Notes: generated by a model from the letters alone, not told the origin. Positions 16,791-25,972 are shown, numbered from the stretch's first letter. The stretch: DNA of 44,737 nt from Alphaproteobacteria bacterium (GCA_027483355.1 JAIXUW010000355.1:1-44737); one strand, 5' to 3'. A program made the numbers and translations.

Positions 16791-17219
16791 TCAGCCGAGA
16801 GGATCGGCGGTGACGTAGATCAGCTCCAAAGTCACGGTGGCGGCTTTGATGGAGGCCGCGCCCTCGATGGCGAGGGTGTCGGTGTCAGGGGCTTGCGCCG
16901 TCAGGATGTCGCAAAGCCCGCCCAAGGTCTTGTTGGCGGCGACCATTGCTGAAATTCCTTCAAACAGCGTATCGAGCGCGGTATCGCGGGCAGCGGCAGT
17001 GTTTTTTTGCACAGCGACTTCCAGCCTTACGCGGTGCTGCCAGTAATAAGACAGGGGCGACAATATCGTCTCCGGCTCTCCTGGTTCTCCATCGCGCATG
17101 ACGATCAAGCCGCCGTCGGGGATTCTTTCGGGGAAGGCTTCGTTGCGGACAACCTTCATGCCAGAAATGGTTTGCAGGGCGGTGAACAAGGCTTGCAAAA
17201 TCGTTTCTCGCGCCGTCAT
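16791..17219 (-). CDS. Tail completion / terminator-like protein (DUF3168-like)
   Basis: 142 aa between the head-tail genes and the major tail gene, with an ATGA overlap upstream. Confidence 0.5.
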   Translation of the reverse strand: MTARETILQALFTALQTISGMKVVRNEAFPERIPDGGLIVMRDGEPGEPETILSPLSYYWQHRVRLEVAVQKNTAAARDTALDTLFEGISAMVAANKTLGGLCDILTAQAPDTDTLAIEGAASIKAATVTLELIYVTADPLG

Positions 17220-17860
17220 GTGGCTTCTTTCTTGTCAGGCCAGGCGGCAACCACCAGCTCTGGAAGCTGGTCGATCCATTTCTTGGCGACGCTGTCGATA
17301 TCAAAGCGTTTCTTAAGTGTGACTTGCGGTATCAGCAGGAACATGACGACGGTGGCGACACGGCCTGTTTTGATGCCGCGCGCGCTGGCAGCGCGCGCTT
17401 TCCCTTTTTTGGTGATGCGGAAATTATCCACGACCAGAAGACCGATCTTCCGTTTTCCCTGTGGCGGGACATAGCGGAGCGGGATGCCTGCCTCTTCAAA
17501 ATCGACTGGCGTGACGCGCCGCCCTTCACGGCGAATGACGTATTTTGTCGGGATCGCCAGAAACCGCCCGCGTTTGTTCTTGATGGTCACACCCGTTGCA
17601 AACGCACCGATAATTTCAGGGGCTTTGTTATAAACAAACCCTGCGGCATTGACGCTCATGCCGCCCTTGGGGTAAATCTCGCCCCGCCAGCTCTTGGCAA
17701 GGCGGTTGCCCAGACCTGCGCCTGTGACCTGCTGTCGCAGGTCTTCTTTCAAGCCGTCTGTCGCTTGCTTTACGCCACGGCTGACGGCGGTTTCCGCATC
17801 CTTGACCTCTTTTGCCATGACGGCCTTGAGGTCTCCAAGAATGGCGGCTTTCAGAAGCAT
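17216..17860 (-). CDS. Head-tail connector / neck protein of unknown family
   Basis: 214 aa. The call is positional. It overlaps both neighbours. Confidence 0.45.
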   Translation of the reverse strand: MLLKAAILGDLKAVMAKEVKDAETAVSRGVKQATDGLKEDLRQQVTGAGLGNRLAKSWRGEIYPKGGMSVNAAGFVYNKAPEIIGAFATGVTIKNKRGRFLAIPTKYVIRREGRRVTPVDFEEAGIPLRYVPPQGKRKIGLLVVDNFRITKKGKARAASARGIKTGRVATVVMFLLIPQVTLKKRFDIDSVAKKWIDQLPELVVAAWPDKKEAT

Positions 17861-18165
17861 GGAGCGACATCCAGCGTCCAGACCAGACCTTCCCGATCCA
17901 GCTTGGGTTCGCCCTGTACATTATATATATGCGTTCCGAGGGTGATCTGATCCCCCATGGCGGGTTCGGGGACTTCCGAGGCGCGCACGTCGAAAAGCAT
18001 GGTAGGCGTGTGGAACTGCCCCTCACCAAACCCCACCACCGTATCCGGCTGTTTGGCGATCACACGCACCGGATAAGGTGTGGGTGCGCCGACAGGCAGA
18101 TAGGTGGCGAGTTTGCTTAAGACGGGATCAGCAAAAAGCTGATCTATCATGCCAGGAAAGGCCAT
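17851..18165 (-). CDS. Head-tail joining protein
   Basis: 104 aa, immediately downstream of the major capsid gene. Confidence 0.5.
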   Translation of the reverse strand: MAFPGMIDQLFADPVLSKLATYLPVGAPTPYPVRVIAKQPDTVVGFGEGQFHTPTMLFDVRASEVPEPAMGDQITLGTHIYNVQGEPKLDREGLVWTLDVAPCF

Positions 18166-18167
18166 GA

Positions 18168-19184
18168 TTACGTCCGTTTGGCTTTGATGAGCGTCTTCGG
18201 ACGGGTGCAGATCGGAAGCGGGTTCGACTGCGTGTGCAGCTTGACCCAGCGACCGAATTCCTGATCCACAGCCTGTTTCGCGTAGCGCGGCAGGCCGATG
18301 GTGTTCGCCGTTTCCACAAAGTCGGCAGGCGCGTTGTACTGCCGGAAGAGACCGGGCACGCCCACGGGAAAGAAATTGGCCTTATTGGTATCGGCGTAAT
18401 CGACCGTGCCGACCTTGCCACGGTACTCTTCGAACACGATGCCGGCGTATTCGAAGGAGCCGCGCGCCTGCCCCTGGCGCAGGAACAGGCCGTCGAGGTA
18501 GCGCTCGTAAGCCGTCTTGACTTCAGGATGGGCGATCAGATCGTCGAAGAAGGCGGCACCGCAGAAAGCATGGATGTGGTCGTAGGGCTGCGCTCCCAGC
18601 TCATCCTCGATCTTGCGACGGATGTCATGGCATTTCTTCTTGATGATCCCTTCGGTCGGGGTCGGATTGTCGAGATCAAAATCGATCTCGCTATGCTGGG
18701 AGACCCCGAACTCGTTGAAAAGGTCGTAGAGTACGGTCGCGCCGTCGGCGTCAAGGATTTGCCCTTTGATGGCGCCGATCCGCAGGTGTTCCAACGTGGC
18801 GTCGTGTTTGCGCGCCATTTCCTCAAGACGGAATTGAAGTACCTGCTCGAGGCTTTCTAGTTGCGATTCTGAGCCAAAGGCACGGACGTTCTGGATTTCA
18901 TCGGCCAGGATCGTGTCCTCCAGCGCGATATGAGGCACGACGAAGGATCGCGCCTTGCGCTTGTTATGCCGGTTCTGCACGGCGGGCGCGCCACGAGAGG
19001 TCGTTTCGATGAGGTTGAGGCTGCCCTCGCGTTCCTCGATCATGATCGACGTGGTCGAAACACCGGACTCGGAAAAGATACCGAGTTGACCGATCCGGCC
19101 GGGGACGAAGGGGACTTTGTTAATCGCGTCCGTGAGGGAAATCACGGAAAAGGCGCGATTGCTGAAAATATCAAGTGCGGGCAT
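18168..19184 (-). CDS. Major capsid protein, lambda gpE family
   Basis: MPALDIFSNRAFSVISLTDAINKVPFVPGRIGQLGIF is a typical gpE-family N-terminus. The ORF track start at 19214 is a TTG. ATG at 19184 has AAAGGA 10 nt upstream. Confidence 0.85.
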   Translation of the reverse strand: MPALDIFSNRAFSVISLTDAINKVPFVPGRIGQLGIFSESGVSTTSIMIEEREGSLNLIETTSRGAPAVQNRHNKRKARSFVVPHIALEDTILADEIQNVRAFGSESQLESLEQVLQFRLEEMARKHDATLEHLRIGAIKGQILDADGATVLYDLFNEFGVSQHSEIDFDLDNPTPTEGIIKKKCHDIRRKIEDELGAQPYDHIHAFCGAAFFDDLIAHPEVKTAYERYLDGLFLRQGQARGSFEYAGIVFEEYRGKVGTVDYADTNKANFFPVGVPGLFRQYNAPADFVETANTIGLPRYAKQAVDQEFGRWVKLHTQSNPLPICTRPKTLIKAKRT

Positions 19185-19220
19185 GGGGGCGTATCCTTTC
19201 GATGTTGTGGGCAAAACAAA

Positions 19221-19248
19221 GCCCCCGCGCGCGGGATGCGGCGGGGGC
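19221..19248 (-). terminator. GC-rich stem-loop between the decoration and capsid genes
   Basis: GCCCCCGC (19221-19228) pairs with GCGGGGGC (19241-19248). On the minus strand it is followed by TTTGTTTT. Confidence 0.35.
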
Positions 19249-19274
19249 GTTTGTCGGGCGAGATGGTTCGTGGG

Positions 19275-19916
19275 TTAGCGGGCAACGATGTCGTAAGAGC
19301 TTAGCTGCCTCAAGGCCGCTTCCTTCTGGGGATCGCTGGCGCCGGTGAACCAGACCAGCTCGGCCTTGTTCACCTCGGCATGACGAGCCAGGATGACGCC
19401 AGCGCAATCACCTGCCGTTGCATCGGCAAAGTTGACCAGGATGGCGACCGCCACCTGAGAGCCGTCCGTGTTGGCGGGATTGTATTCCTTGTACTTGCCC
19501 GACCCTTCGGCCACGGTCACAGTGAAGCGATCACCCGCCACGAAGTCTGTTGCACCGTCATTGAGGGTGAAATTGACTTCGCCTGCGAAGGCGGCACCCA
19601 CGATGGCACGACCGATGACGACCCCATCGGGGTTTTCAACGCTGAACGTGCCAAGGTTTGTGCCTGGTTCGATACAAATGATCTGGTAAACACCCGCTTT
19701 AGCGGTGTCGCCAGCCGATACCGCCGTGATCGTGCCGTTGCCGGTGTTGCCGGAAACCGCAGCACCCGTGGCCGTGCCGACCGATACCTTGCCAAGAATA
19801 TGGCCTGGTTGAAGATTCTGACCGGAGAGGATGGTCACGCTCTCTCTCGACAGATTGCCATTGGCCTCGGTAACGATAAATTCAGCGTTATGCTGAGATT
19901 CGGTGAGTTCAGTCAT
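19275..19916 (-). CDS. Head decoration protein (gpD-like)
   Basis: The N-terminal pattern ...NGNLSRESVTILSGQNLQPGHILGK matches the gpD type. It lies between the protease/scaffold and the capsid gene. The SD is AAGGAGAAAC. Confidence 0.75.
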   Translation of the reverse strand: MTELTESQHNAEFIVTEANGNLSRESVTILSGQNLQPGHILGKVSVGTATGAAVSGNTGNGTITAVSAGDTAKAGVYQIICIEPGTNLGTFSVENPDGVVIGRAIVGAAFAGEVNFTLNDGATDFVAGDRFTVTVAEGSGKYKEYNPANTDGSQVAVAILVNFADATAGDCAGVILARHAEVNKAELVWFTGASDPQKEAALRQLSSYDIVAR

Positions 19917-19928
19917 AGATGTTTCTCC

Positions 19929-20456
19929 TTAAGGTTTTTTGTTGCGTTGGGCGTAGATGGCCGCCGTGTCGATGGTCGGTTCCCGATCTGATCTGGGGAT
20001 GCCGCTATGCGGCGCATGCCCCATGATGGCGGTGGCATCGTCTTGCGCCGCCTTTGCGTTCAGAAGGGATTTGCGTACAACTGAAAGAGGAACGGCTTTG
20101 GAGATAAAGGCCGCAGCCCGATCAGGCCTTCCAGCCAACAGACACAGATCATTGACCTCCGCCATATAAGAAAGAGCCTCTTTTTGGACGGTGGATCGCT
20201 TTGCTTTGCCACGTTTTCTGGCTGAAGAAGGGTCTTTTTCCTCCTCCTCGTCGTCTTCGTCCGAAGTTTCTAGCGAAGCTTCATCGTCGTCCTCGTCATC
20301 GTTTTTTTCGGCTCTTGATCGACGGCGGGTCTTGGGCTTCTCTTCGTCCTCGCTATCGCTTTCGTCTTCGGCATCCGCACGGCGTCGTGCCGTCTTGGAT
20401 TCCTCGGCCTTGTCTTTTTCCTTTTCGGGATGCTGTTCTTCGGTATATACAGACAT
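19929..20456 (-). CDS. Nested in-frame scaffolding protein (Nu3-like) from an internal start within the protease gene
   Basis: The in-frame ATG at 20454-20456 (MSVYTEEQ...) is preceded by AAGGAGAA at a 7-nt spacing. This matches the lambda C/Nu3 nested arrangement. Confidence 0.55.
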   Translation of the reverse strand: MSVYTEEQHPEKEKDKAEESKTARRRADAEDESDSEDEEKPKTRRRSRAEKNDDEDDDEASLETSDEDDEEEEKDPSSARKRGKAKRSTVQKEALSYMAEVNDLCLLAGRPDRAAAFISKAVPLSVVRKSLLNAKAAQDDATAIMGHAPHSGIPRSDREPTIDTAAIYAQRNKKP

Positions 20457-21314
20457 CGCATTTTCTCCTTTTCTGTTGTGGGGATGAGGGTTGGTGGAAA
20501 TCTTTTGCGCCAATGCGTGGAGAGCATCGTCGAAGGTACCGATTTTGTCGGCAAGCCCCGCTGTCAAAGCGTTCTCTCCGAAATAAAGGGCTGCTTCTGT
20601 TTTCTCGATCTTGTGCTGATCGATCCCGCGCATACGAGCGACGGAACTGGTCAGGATTTTATAAACCCGTCCCACTTCCGCCTGCAGCTGTGCGCGGGCG
20701 GGGTCGCTTAAGGGCTTATGGGGCGACATATCGTTCTTGCGCGCGCCTGCGAAAACGGCTGTATAGGCGAGGCCAGCGTCCTCCTCGGCCTTGCTTTCAT
20801 CGAGGTGCATGGCGATGACCCCGATGGAGCCGACACCGCCTGTGCGCGGGACATAGATGCATTCGGCGGCAGCGGCGAGAACATAGGCCGCCGAAAAGGC
20901 GTCTTCGTTGACCGATGCCCAGATCGGCTTGATGGCGCAGGCGGCATGGATTTTATCCGCGAGATCAAAAACCCCGCCTGACTCGCCGCCTGGGCTGTCG
21001 ATATCGAGCAAGATACCCTTGATCAAGTCGTCGTTAAGAGCCGCATCCAACTGTTCTTGTAGAAAAGCATAACTGGTAAGGCCGCTTTGCGCCTCCAGTC
21101 CCACGGTGCGACGGACGAGCGTTCCGATCACGGGGATGACGGCGATGCCCGCATAGGGAACATCATATTCACGGACTGCCTGCGGAGGGGCGATGGGGAT
21201 TGCTTCCCCTTGCATGCGCGGCGCGATGACGTTCAAGATTGTATCGAGTTTTGTGCAGGTGATCATCAAAGGCGCGTTGAATACGCGACCAGCCGTATAA
21301 GGGAGAAGATTCAT
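19929..21314 (-). CDS. Prohead protease, S49/SppA (ClpP-like) family, gpC-like, with acidic scaffold tail
   Basis: LLDIDSPGGESGGVFDLADKI is an S49-type motif. The C-terminal third is extremely acidic and low in complexity. There is an ATGA overlap with the portal gene. Confidence 0.85.
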   Translation of the reverse strand: MNLLPYTAGRVFNAPLMITCTKLDTILNVIAPRMQGEAIPIAPPQAVREYDVPYAGIAVIPVIGTLVRRTVGLEAQSGLTSYAFLQEQLDAALNDDLIKGILLDIDSPGGESGGVFDLADKIHAACAIKPIWASVNEDAFSAAYVLAAAAECIYVPRTGGVGSIGVIAMHLDESKAEEDAGLAYTAVFAGARKNDMSPHKPLSDPARAQLQAEVGRVYKILTSSVARMRGIDQHKIEKTEAALYFGENALTAGLADKIGTFDDALHALAQKISTNPHPHNRKGENAMSVYTEEQHPEKEKDKAEESKTARRRADAEDESDSEDEEKPKTRRRSRAEKNDDEDDDEASLETSDEDDEEEEKDPSSARKRGKAKRSTVQKEALSYMAEVNDLCLLAGRPDRAAAFISKAVPLSVVRKSLLNAKAAQDDATAIMGHAPHSGIPRSDREPTIDTAAIYAQRNKKP

Positions 21315-22789
21315 GGAGCTTCCTCTTGTGCTTTTTCCTCGAACGGATCGACGGCGGGTTGTTGTTGTTCGCCAAGCTTACCGAGGCGGATGCCAAGCGC
21401 GTCTCTGCGCCGCTGGTCCGCGGCAATACGCTCGTAAGTCTCGTCGATGTCGTATCCTTCGGATTCGATGATGTCGGAGGGCGCTTTCCATCCGCATTCC
21501 TGCGCAATCTTCTCCGCCTGGCGGTCTTTCAGCGGATCGACCCATTCCCATTTCGGCGGTATCCACTTAACGGGAGTGTAGAGGTGGGGATTTCTTGAGA
21601 ACTCCGGCATGTCGAGCGCGCCTGACAGGGCTGCGGCCTCCAGCCAGCGAAGCCAGATCGGGCGGCACATCTGAAAGATCAGCGTCGCATGCTGGAATTG
21701 ATCGAGCCGCCGCCGAAACTCAACCGTTCCCGCACGGATGCTCGAATAATTGGCGGCCTTCAGGTCGCCCGTGACATTCGTGTAAGGAATGCCCATCGCG
21801 GCGCAAGCGGCCAGCAAGGTGCGGTATTGGAACATCTCATACGATCCGCCAACGTCGGCGGGAGAAGAAAACTTCACGTCTTCGCCGGGGAGCAGCACCT
21901 GCATCGTGCCAGGCGACAACCCTGCCACGGCGCTTCCGTCTGCGGCGGCGGCGCCTTCACCGAGGATATTGTCCTCCGGCGCGTTTTTCGTGATGAATCC
22001 CGCGAAGAGTGCCGCGACCTTCTTCCTGTCAAGCTCCGCGTCGTCGTATTGATCGAGCAAGAACAACTTGACGAGCGCGGGCGCGATCCACGGCACGCCA
22101 CGGATTTGCCCCGGGCGTTGGGGACGATAGATATGCAGGATTTCCGAAGCGGGGACGCGAACGATGTCTCCTCTGTTTTCCTGTTCCGTCGTGTCTCCGG
22201 GGTGGTTGCGATAAAAGTGATAGGCCACGCGTTTGCCGATACGGTCAAATTCAATCCCGCACCGCAGGGTGTTTCCGTTATGGCTTCCCGTCTTGTTGAA
22301 AGGCAGAAGCTCCGCCTCCAGAACCTGGATTTGCAAGGGGACGGTTAAGCCGTCTTCCACGCGCCGTGGGCGGAAACGGATAAAACATTCTCCCGCCTCG
22401 AACATGGCGCGGGCGACCAGCGCCTGCAGGCCGTAGAAATCCGTCAAGTTGTCGGCATCGGCTTCGTCCGTCCAAGCGAGCCACGCTTCCTGAATGTTAT
22501 TTTTAAGTTCTGCATCTTTGACGAGGGAAGAAGGTTTGATACCGGTGCCAACGGCGTTAGCGACGAAACTGTCGGCGGCGTTGGAAGCATAGGGGTTTGA
22601 GCGCACGATCTGCCGCGCCCGCGCACGTAAAACATCGCCGCCAGAAGACAGGAGCGTATTGATGTTTTCCTGCGTCGCCCGCCACGACACGAGACGGCGG
22701 TTCTGCATCGCGCCCTCAAAGGCGGAAGCGGATATTTTTCCTGTCGCGGCATAGCGCATTGCCGAACCGATGCGTGAGAAGATGCTCAT
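21311..22789 (-). CDS. Portal protein, lambda gpB family
   Basis: 492 aa between gpW and the protease. The sequence pattern is typical of lambda-family portals. Confidence 0.85.
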   Translation of the reverse strand: MSIFSRIGSAMRYAATGKISASAFEGAMQNRRLVSWRATQENINTLLSSGGDVLRARARQIVRSNPYASNAADSFVANAVGTGIKPSSLVKDAELKNNIQEAWLAWTDEADADNLTDFYGLQALVARAMFEAGECFIRFRPRRVEDGLTVPLQIQVLEAELLPFNKTGSHNGNTLRCGIEFDRIGKRVAYHFYRNHPGDTTEQENRGDIVRVPASEILHIYRPQRPGQIRGVPWIAPALVKLFLLDQYDDAELDRKKVAALFAGFITKNAPEDNILGEGAAAADGSAVAGLSPGTMQVLLPGEDVKFSSPADVGGSYEMFQYRTLLAACAAMGIPYTNVTGDLKAANYSSIRAGTVEFRRRLDQFQHATLIFQMCRPIWLRWLEAAALSGALDMPEFSRNPHLYTPVKWIPPKWEWVDPLKDRQAEKIAQECGWKAPSDIIESEGYDIDETYERIAADQRRRDALGIRLGKLGEQQQPAVDPFEEKAQEEAP

Positions 22790-22790
22790 G

Positions 22791-22997
22791 TCAGAGGTCT
22801 TTCTCTGCGTAAATCTTGATTTGTCGGGTGTGCGGCTTGCCGCTATCCCGCGCCAGAGCCGCCTCGACTTCGTTGAGGGCGGCTTTCAGTTCGGTCATCG
22901 AACGGTACTCGACCGTCTTGCCGTCATAGGACAGGCGCAAGACGCCGCTGGCGATGGCCTGTTTCAGGGCATCGCGGTGTGCTGTGGTATAACTCAT
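22791..22997 (-). CDS. Head-tail joining protein gpW family
   Basis: 68 aa. YDGKTVEYRSMTELKAALNEVE is gpW-like. It lies upstream of the portal gene. Confidence 0.75.
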   Translation of the reverse strand: MSYTTAHRDALKQAIASGVLRLSYDGKTVEYRSMTELKAALNEVEAALARDSGKPHTRQIKIYAEKDL

Positions 22998-23023
22998 TGA
23001 TGAAACGGGTCTTTTTTAAGAGG

Positions 23024-23051
23024 TTGATTTGTTAACCGATTCCGCTATATA
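23024..23051 (+). promoter_or_regulatory. Putative sigma70-type promoter of the Abi gene
   Basis: TTGATT (23024-23029), then a 16-nt spacer, then TATATA (23046-23051). Confidence 0.4.
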
Positions 23052-23066
23052 AAGGTACTAACACGG

Positions 23067-23109
23067 CTGGCCCCTCTGCACCTCACGGTGTACGGGCCAG
23101 TTTTCGTTT
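23067..23109 (+). terminator. Terminator-like hairpin plus T-run in the Abi leader
   Basis: CTGGCCC pairs with GGGCCAG and an inner TGCACC pairs with GGTGTA around the loop TCAC. TTTTCGTTT follows. The structure ends 13 nt before the Abi ATG. Confidence 0.45.
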
Positions 23110-23122
23110 GTAAATTCGCATC

Positions 23123-24082
23123 ATGACCGTCCCTTATACCAAACCCTATTTAACCCTCGATCAGCAGGTCGCGCTTTTGCAAGGCCGGGGAATGGGGATT
23201 CAGGACGTTCTGAAAGCGAAGCATTACCTTCAGCGTCTCGGTTATTATCGTCTGAGCGGATACTGGTATCCTTTCAGGCAATCCAGAATTGAGGCTACGG
23301 GCGCCGCCGTGCTGGACAATTTTAGAGCTGGCACAGAGTTTAGCCATGCCGTTGACCTTTATGTCTTCGACAAAAAACTCCGTCTTCTCATGATGGACGC
23401 CTTGGAGCGAATAGAGGTCGCCATTCGTGTCGATGTCTCTTCCGTCCTTGGCGTCCGCGATCCTTTCGCTCATAGAAACCCTGCTTTGCTGCACGGTAAC
23501 TTCACAAAGAAAATCGATCCGAAGACGAACAATACCTATTACATTGATTGGCGGCGACGCTTCGATGAACTGGCAGCGCGCTCGAAGGAGGACTTCGTCG
23601 TCCACTTCAAGAACAAATACAGCGATCCTTTGCCGATCTGGGTCGCGACGGAGCTTTGGGATTACGGTCTTTTGTCGAGGTTCCTGTCTGGCGTGAGCCA
23701 TAACGACCTTTCTACTATAGCGGCAAGATACGGCGTGCCGCGCCCGGATCTGTTGGCAAGCTGGGTCAGAAGCATGAACCACGTTAGAAATATTTGCGCG
23801 CATCATAGCCGCCTATGGAACAGGTCTCCTTCCGATCAGCCAAGAGTGCCGCGCAGAGGGGAAATCCCCATGCTCGACCATCTCGTAGCAGACCATTACG
23901 CTCAAGTTCATATTTACGCGGTTGCGGCGGTCATGCAGTACGTCCTACGAACGATCAACCCATCGTCACAATGGAAACAGCGCCTCAAAGATCACTTCGC
24001 TACGTTTCCAACGGCGCCGGGGATCAATGTGGGGCAAACGGGTTTCCCTCCTGACTGGGAAAATCTGCCACTCTGGTCTTAA
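23123..24082 (+). CDS. Abi_2 family (AbiD/AbiF-like) abortive infection protein
   Basis: KPYLTLDQQVALLQGRGMGI...AKHYLQRLGYYRLSGYWYPF is the characteristic Abi_2 N-terminus. The gene is on the opposite strand to all its neighbours and has lower GC. Confidence 0.8.
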   Translation: MTVPYTKPYLTLDQQVALLQGRGMGIQDVLKAKHYLQRLGYYRLSGYWYPFRQSRIEATGAAVLDNFRAGTEFSHAVDLYVFDKKLRLLMMDALERIEVAIRVDVSSVLGVRDPFAHRNPALLHGNFTKKIDPKTNNTYYIDWRRRFDELAARSKEDFVVHFKNKYSDPLPIWVATELWDYGLLSRFLSGVSHNDLSTIAARYGVPRPDLLASWVRSMNHVRNICAHHSRLWNRSPSDQPRVPRRGEIPMLDHLVADHYAQVHIYAVAAVMQYVLRTINPSSQWKQRLKDHFATFPTAPGINVGQTGFPPDWENLPLWS

Positions 24083-25971
24083 ATATAACTGCTTTTGATC
24101 ACCCGCCGCGTCGTGGGCGGGGTTTGTGTCGGTTTCGGCGGCTCTGGCGTATCCGTTGGGCGCGAGACGTTGCCCCCCAAAGCCTGTTCCAGCCGTTGCC
24201 ATGTCGCCTCGCCAAATCGGTCGATACCGAGCGCCGATGCGGCGGCGCGGGCGTAGATACGACAGTCCAGGGCTTCATTGCGTTCCCGCAACTTGCGCCA
24301 TTCGCGGCGGGGAAAACCGCGCTTGTCCTTGACCGTCACCAGCCGCTCGGCGGTGAGTTGCTTGAAATATTCCTCCCCGTATTTGGGGAAATGGCAAAAG
24401 CCTGGCGGATTCTTTTCCCCCGCTTGCGCCTGTTCGTCGGTGGCCTTATCTTTTCGCAAATGCCCGTAAAACTCGGACTTGCAAAAGGACACGCCCACTG
24501 GCCAAACCAGAAGGCCGCGCCGCTTGCGCTTGCCCTGCATGGTCACGTCCATGTGGCTGGGCGTGCCGATGGCGGCTCCCAGACGATCCACACCTTTGAC
24601 GGCGATGACGCGGTCTGAGGATTTGCGTACCCAATCGTAAACTTCCTGCGTGGCGTAGCCCGTGTCGATGGCCAGGCGCATGATCGATAGTTCGACACAG
24701 CTCGCATGGGTGAAGGTCTCCGCCATCACCGCGTCGAGCTGTCGCCAAACATCGGGTTTTACGGGATCTCCCTGCAGCACACGATAATCGATAGACCAGC
24801 TCTCGCGGTCGCGCCCCCAGGCGACGACTTCCAGTTCCAGCCGGTCTTTCTGCACGTCCACGCCAGCAGTGAGGAACAGGCCGTCTTCGGGGATTTCCCC
24901 GATGCGGTAATCCTCGCGGCGGTCATAGAGGCGTTGCCATTCCGGCGCTTCGCCGCTCTCCGCCCATGTCCGCGCCTCGATGGTATTGACGTAAACCTTC
25001 ATCGCAGCATCGTCTTTGGCGGCGGCTTTGCGCTCGGCGATCTGCGCCCAGGTAAGCCACGGGCTATTAAGGCCTGAGAGATGAAATCCCGCCGACTTTC
25101 CGACACCAGGCGCATCGGCGCGCCATTGTCCGCGGGCGTTCATCCATGGTTTACGGTGGCTGGGGATCGCCACCCCGCAATGCGCGCAGAAATACATCGC
25201 CTCTTCGGGTCGATCCTTCGGCCATTGCAGGTGCTTTTCTTCCAGCACCTGATGTTCGGCACATTCGGGGCATGGAACCCACCAGCGTCTGCGGTCTGAG
25301 GCGTCGTATTCCAGCTCGATCCGGCTCAAGCCCTGGATCGTGGGCGTGGAAACTAAAAATATTTTTCTATTCGCAAACGTGATCGTTCTCTGGCTGGCAA
25401 GGCTGACAGGATCGCCTTCGCCGTCCACGTCGAAATCATAGGCATCCACCTCGTCGAGGAAGAGGTAGCGCACGGGCATGGAGCGCAGGCCGACGGCGCT
25501 GTTGGCGCCCGTCATGACCAGTATCCCGCCTGTGAATTCCTTGCTCTGTACCGTATTGCCGCTATCGCGGGCGCGGGCTTCCTTCACGCGTTCGCGCAAC
25601 ACGGGCGTGCTGTCGATGAGCGACGCGATGCGTTGCTTGCTCCACCGTTTCGCCATTTCCACGGTCGGCTGCACGGCGAGCATCGGCCCCGGCGCGTGAT
25701 GGATGACATAGCCGATCCAATTGTTTCCGGCTTCCGTCCCGCCGATTTGCGCCCCTTTCATGAATACGACCTTCTCGACCGGATTGGCGGGCGAGAGGCA
25801 GTCCATGATCTCTTTCAGATACGGTGTGCGCTCCGTGCGCCACGGCCCAGGTTCACCGGAGGCCGTTTGCGAGAGGAAGCGGTGCGCGTCCGCCCATTCC
25901 GATACCGACAACAGAGGATCGGGACGCAACGCCATGGCGGCGGCAGCCAAGCATTCTTGCAGAGCGTCCAT
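24079..25971 (-). CDS. Terminase large subunit (gpA-like)
   Basis: 630 aa. FMKGAQIGGTE is Walker-A-like and LFLDEVD is Walker-B-like. A Cys cluster reads CPECAEHQ...CAHCG. The small subunit gene lies immediately upstream. Confidence 0.9.
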   Translation of the reverse strand: MDALQECLAAAAMALRPDPLLSVSEWADAHRFLSQTASGEPGPWRTERTPYLKEIMDCLSPANPVEKVVFMKGAQIGGTEAGNNWIGYVIHHAPGPMLAVQPTVEMAKRWSKQRIASLIDSTPVLRERVKEARARDSGNTVQSKEFTGGILVMTGANSAVGLRSMPVRYLFLDEVDAYDFDVDGEGDPVSLASQRTITFANRKIFLVSTPTIQGLSRIELEYDASDRRRWWVPCPECAEHQVLEEKHLQWPKDRPEEAMYFCAHCGVAIPSHRKPWMNARGQWRADAPGVGKSAGFHLSGLNSPWLTWAQIAERKAAAKDDAAMKVYVNTIEARTWAESGEAPEWQRLYDRREDYRIGEIPEDGLFLTAGVDVQKDRLELEVVAWGRDRESWSIDYRVLQGDPVKPDVWRQLDAVMAETFTHASCVELSIMRLAIDTGYATQEVYDWVRKSSDRVIAVKGVDRLGAAIGTPSHMDVTMQGKRKRRGLLVWPVGVSFCKSEFYGHLRKDKATDEQAQAGEKNPPGFCHFPKYGEEYFKQLTAERLVTVKDKRGFPRREWRKLRERNEALDCRIYARAAASALGIDRFGEATWQRLEQALGGNVSRPTDTPEPPKPTQTPPTTRRVIKSSYI

Positions 25972-25972
25972 G

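Noticed and set aside
20191-20487. 98-aa Ser-rich plus-strand ORF (SSSSSSSSEVSSEASSSSSSS)
   Set aside because: It is simply the reverse complement of the GAA/GAC/GAG-rich acidic tract of the protease/scaffold gene.
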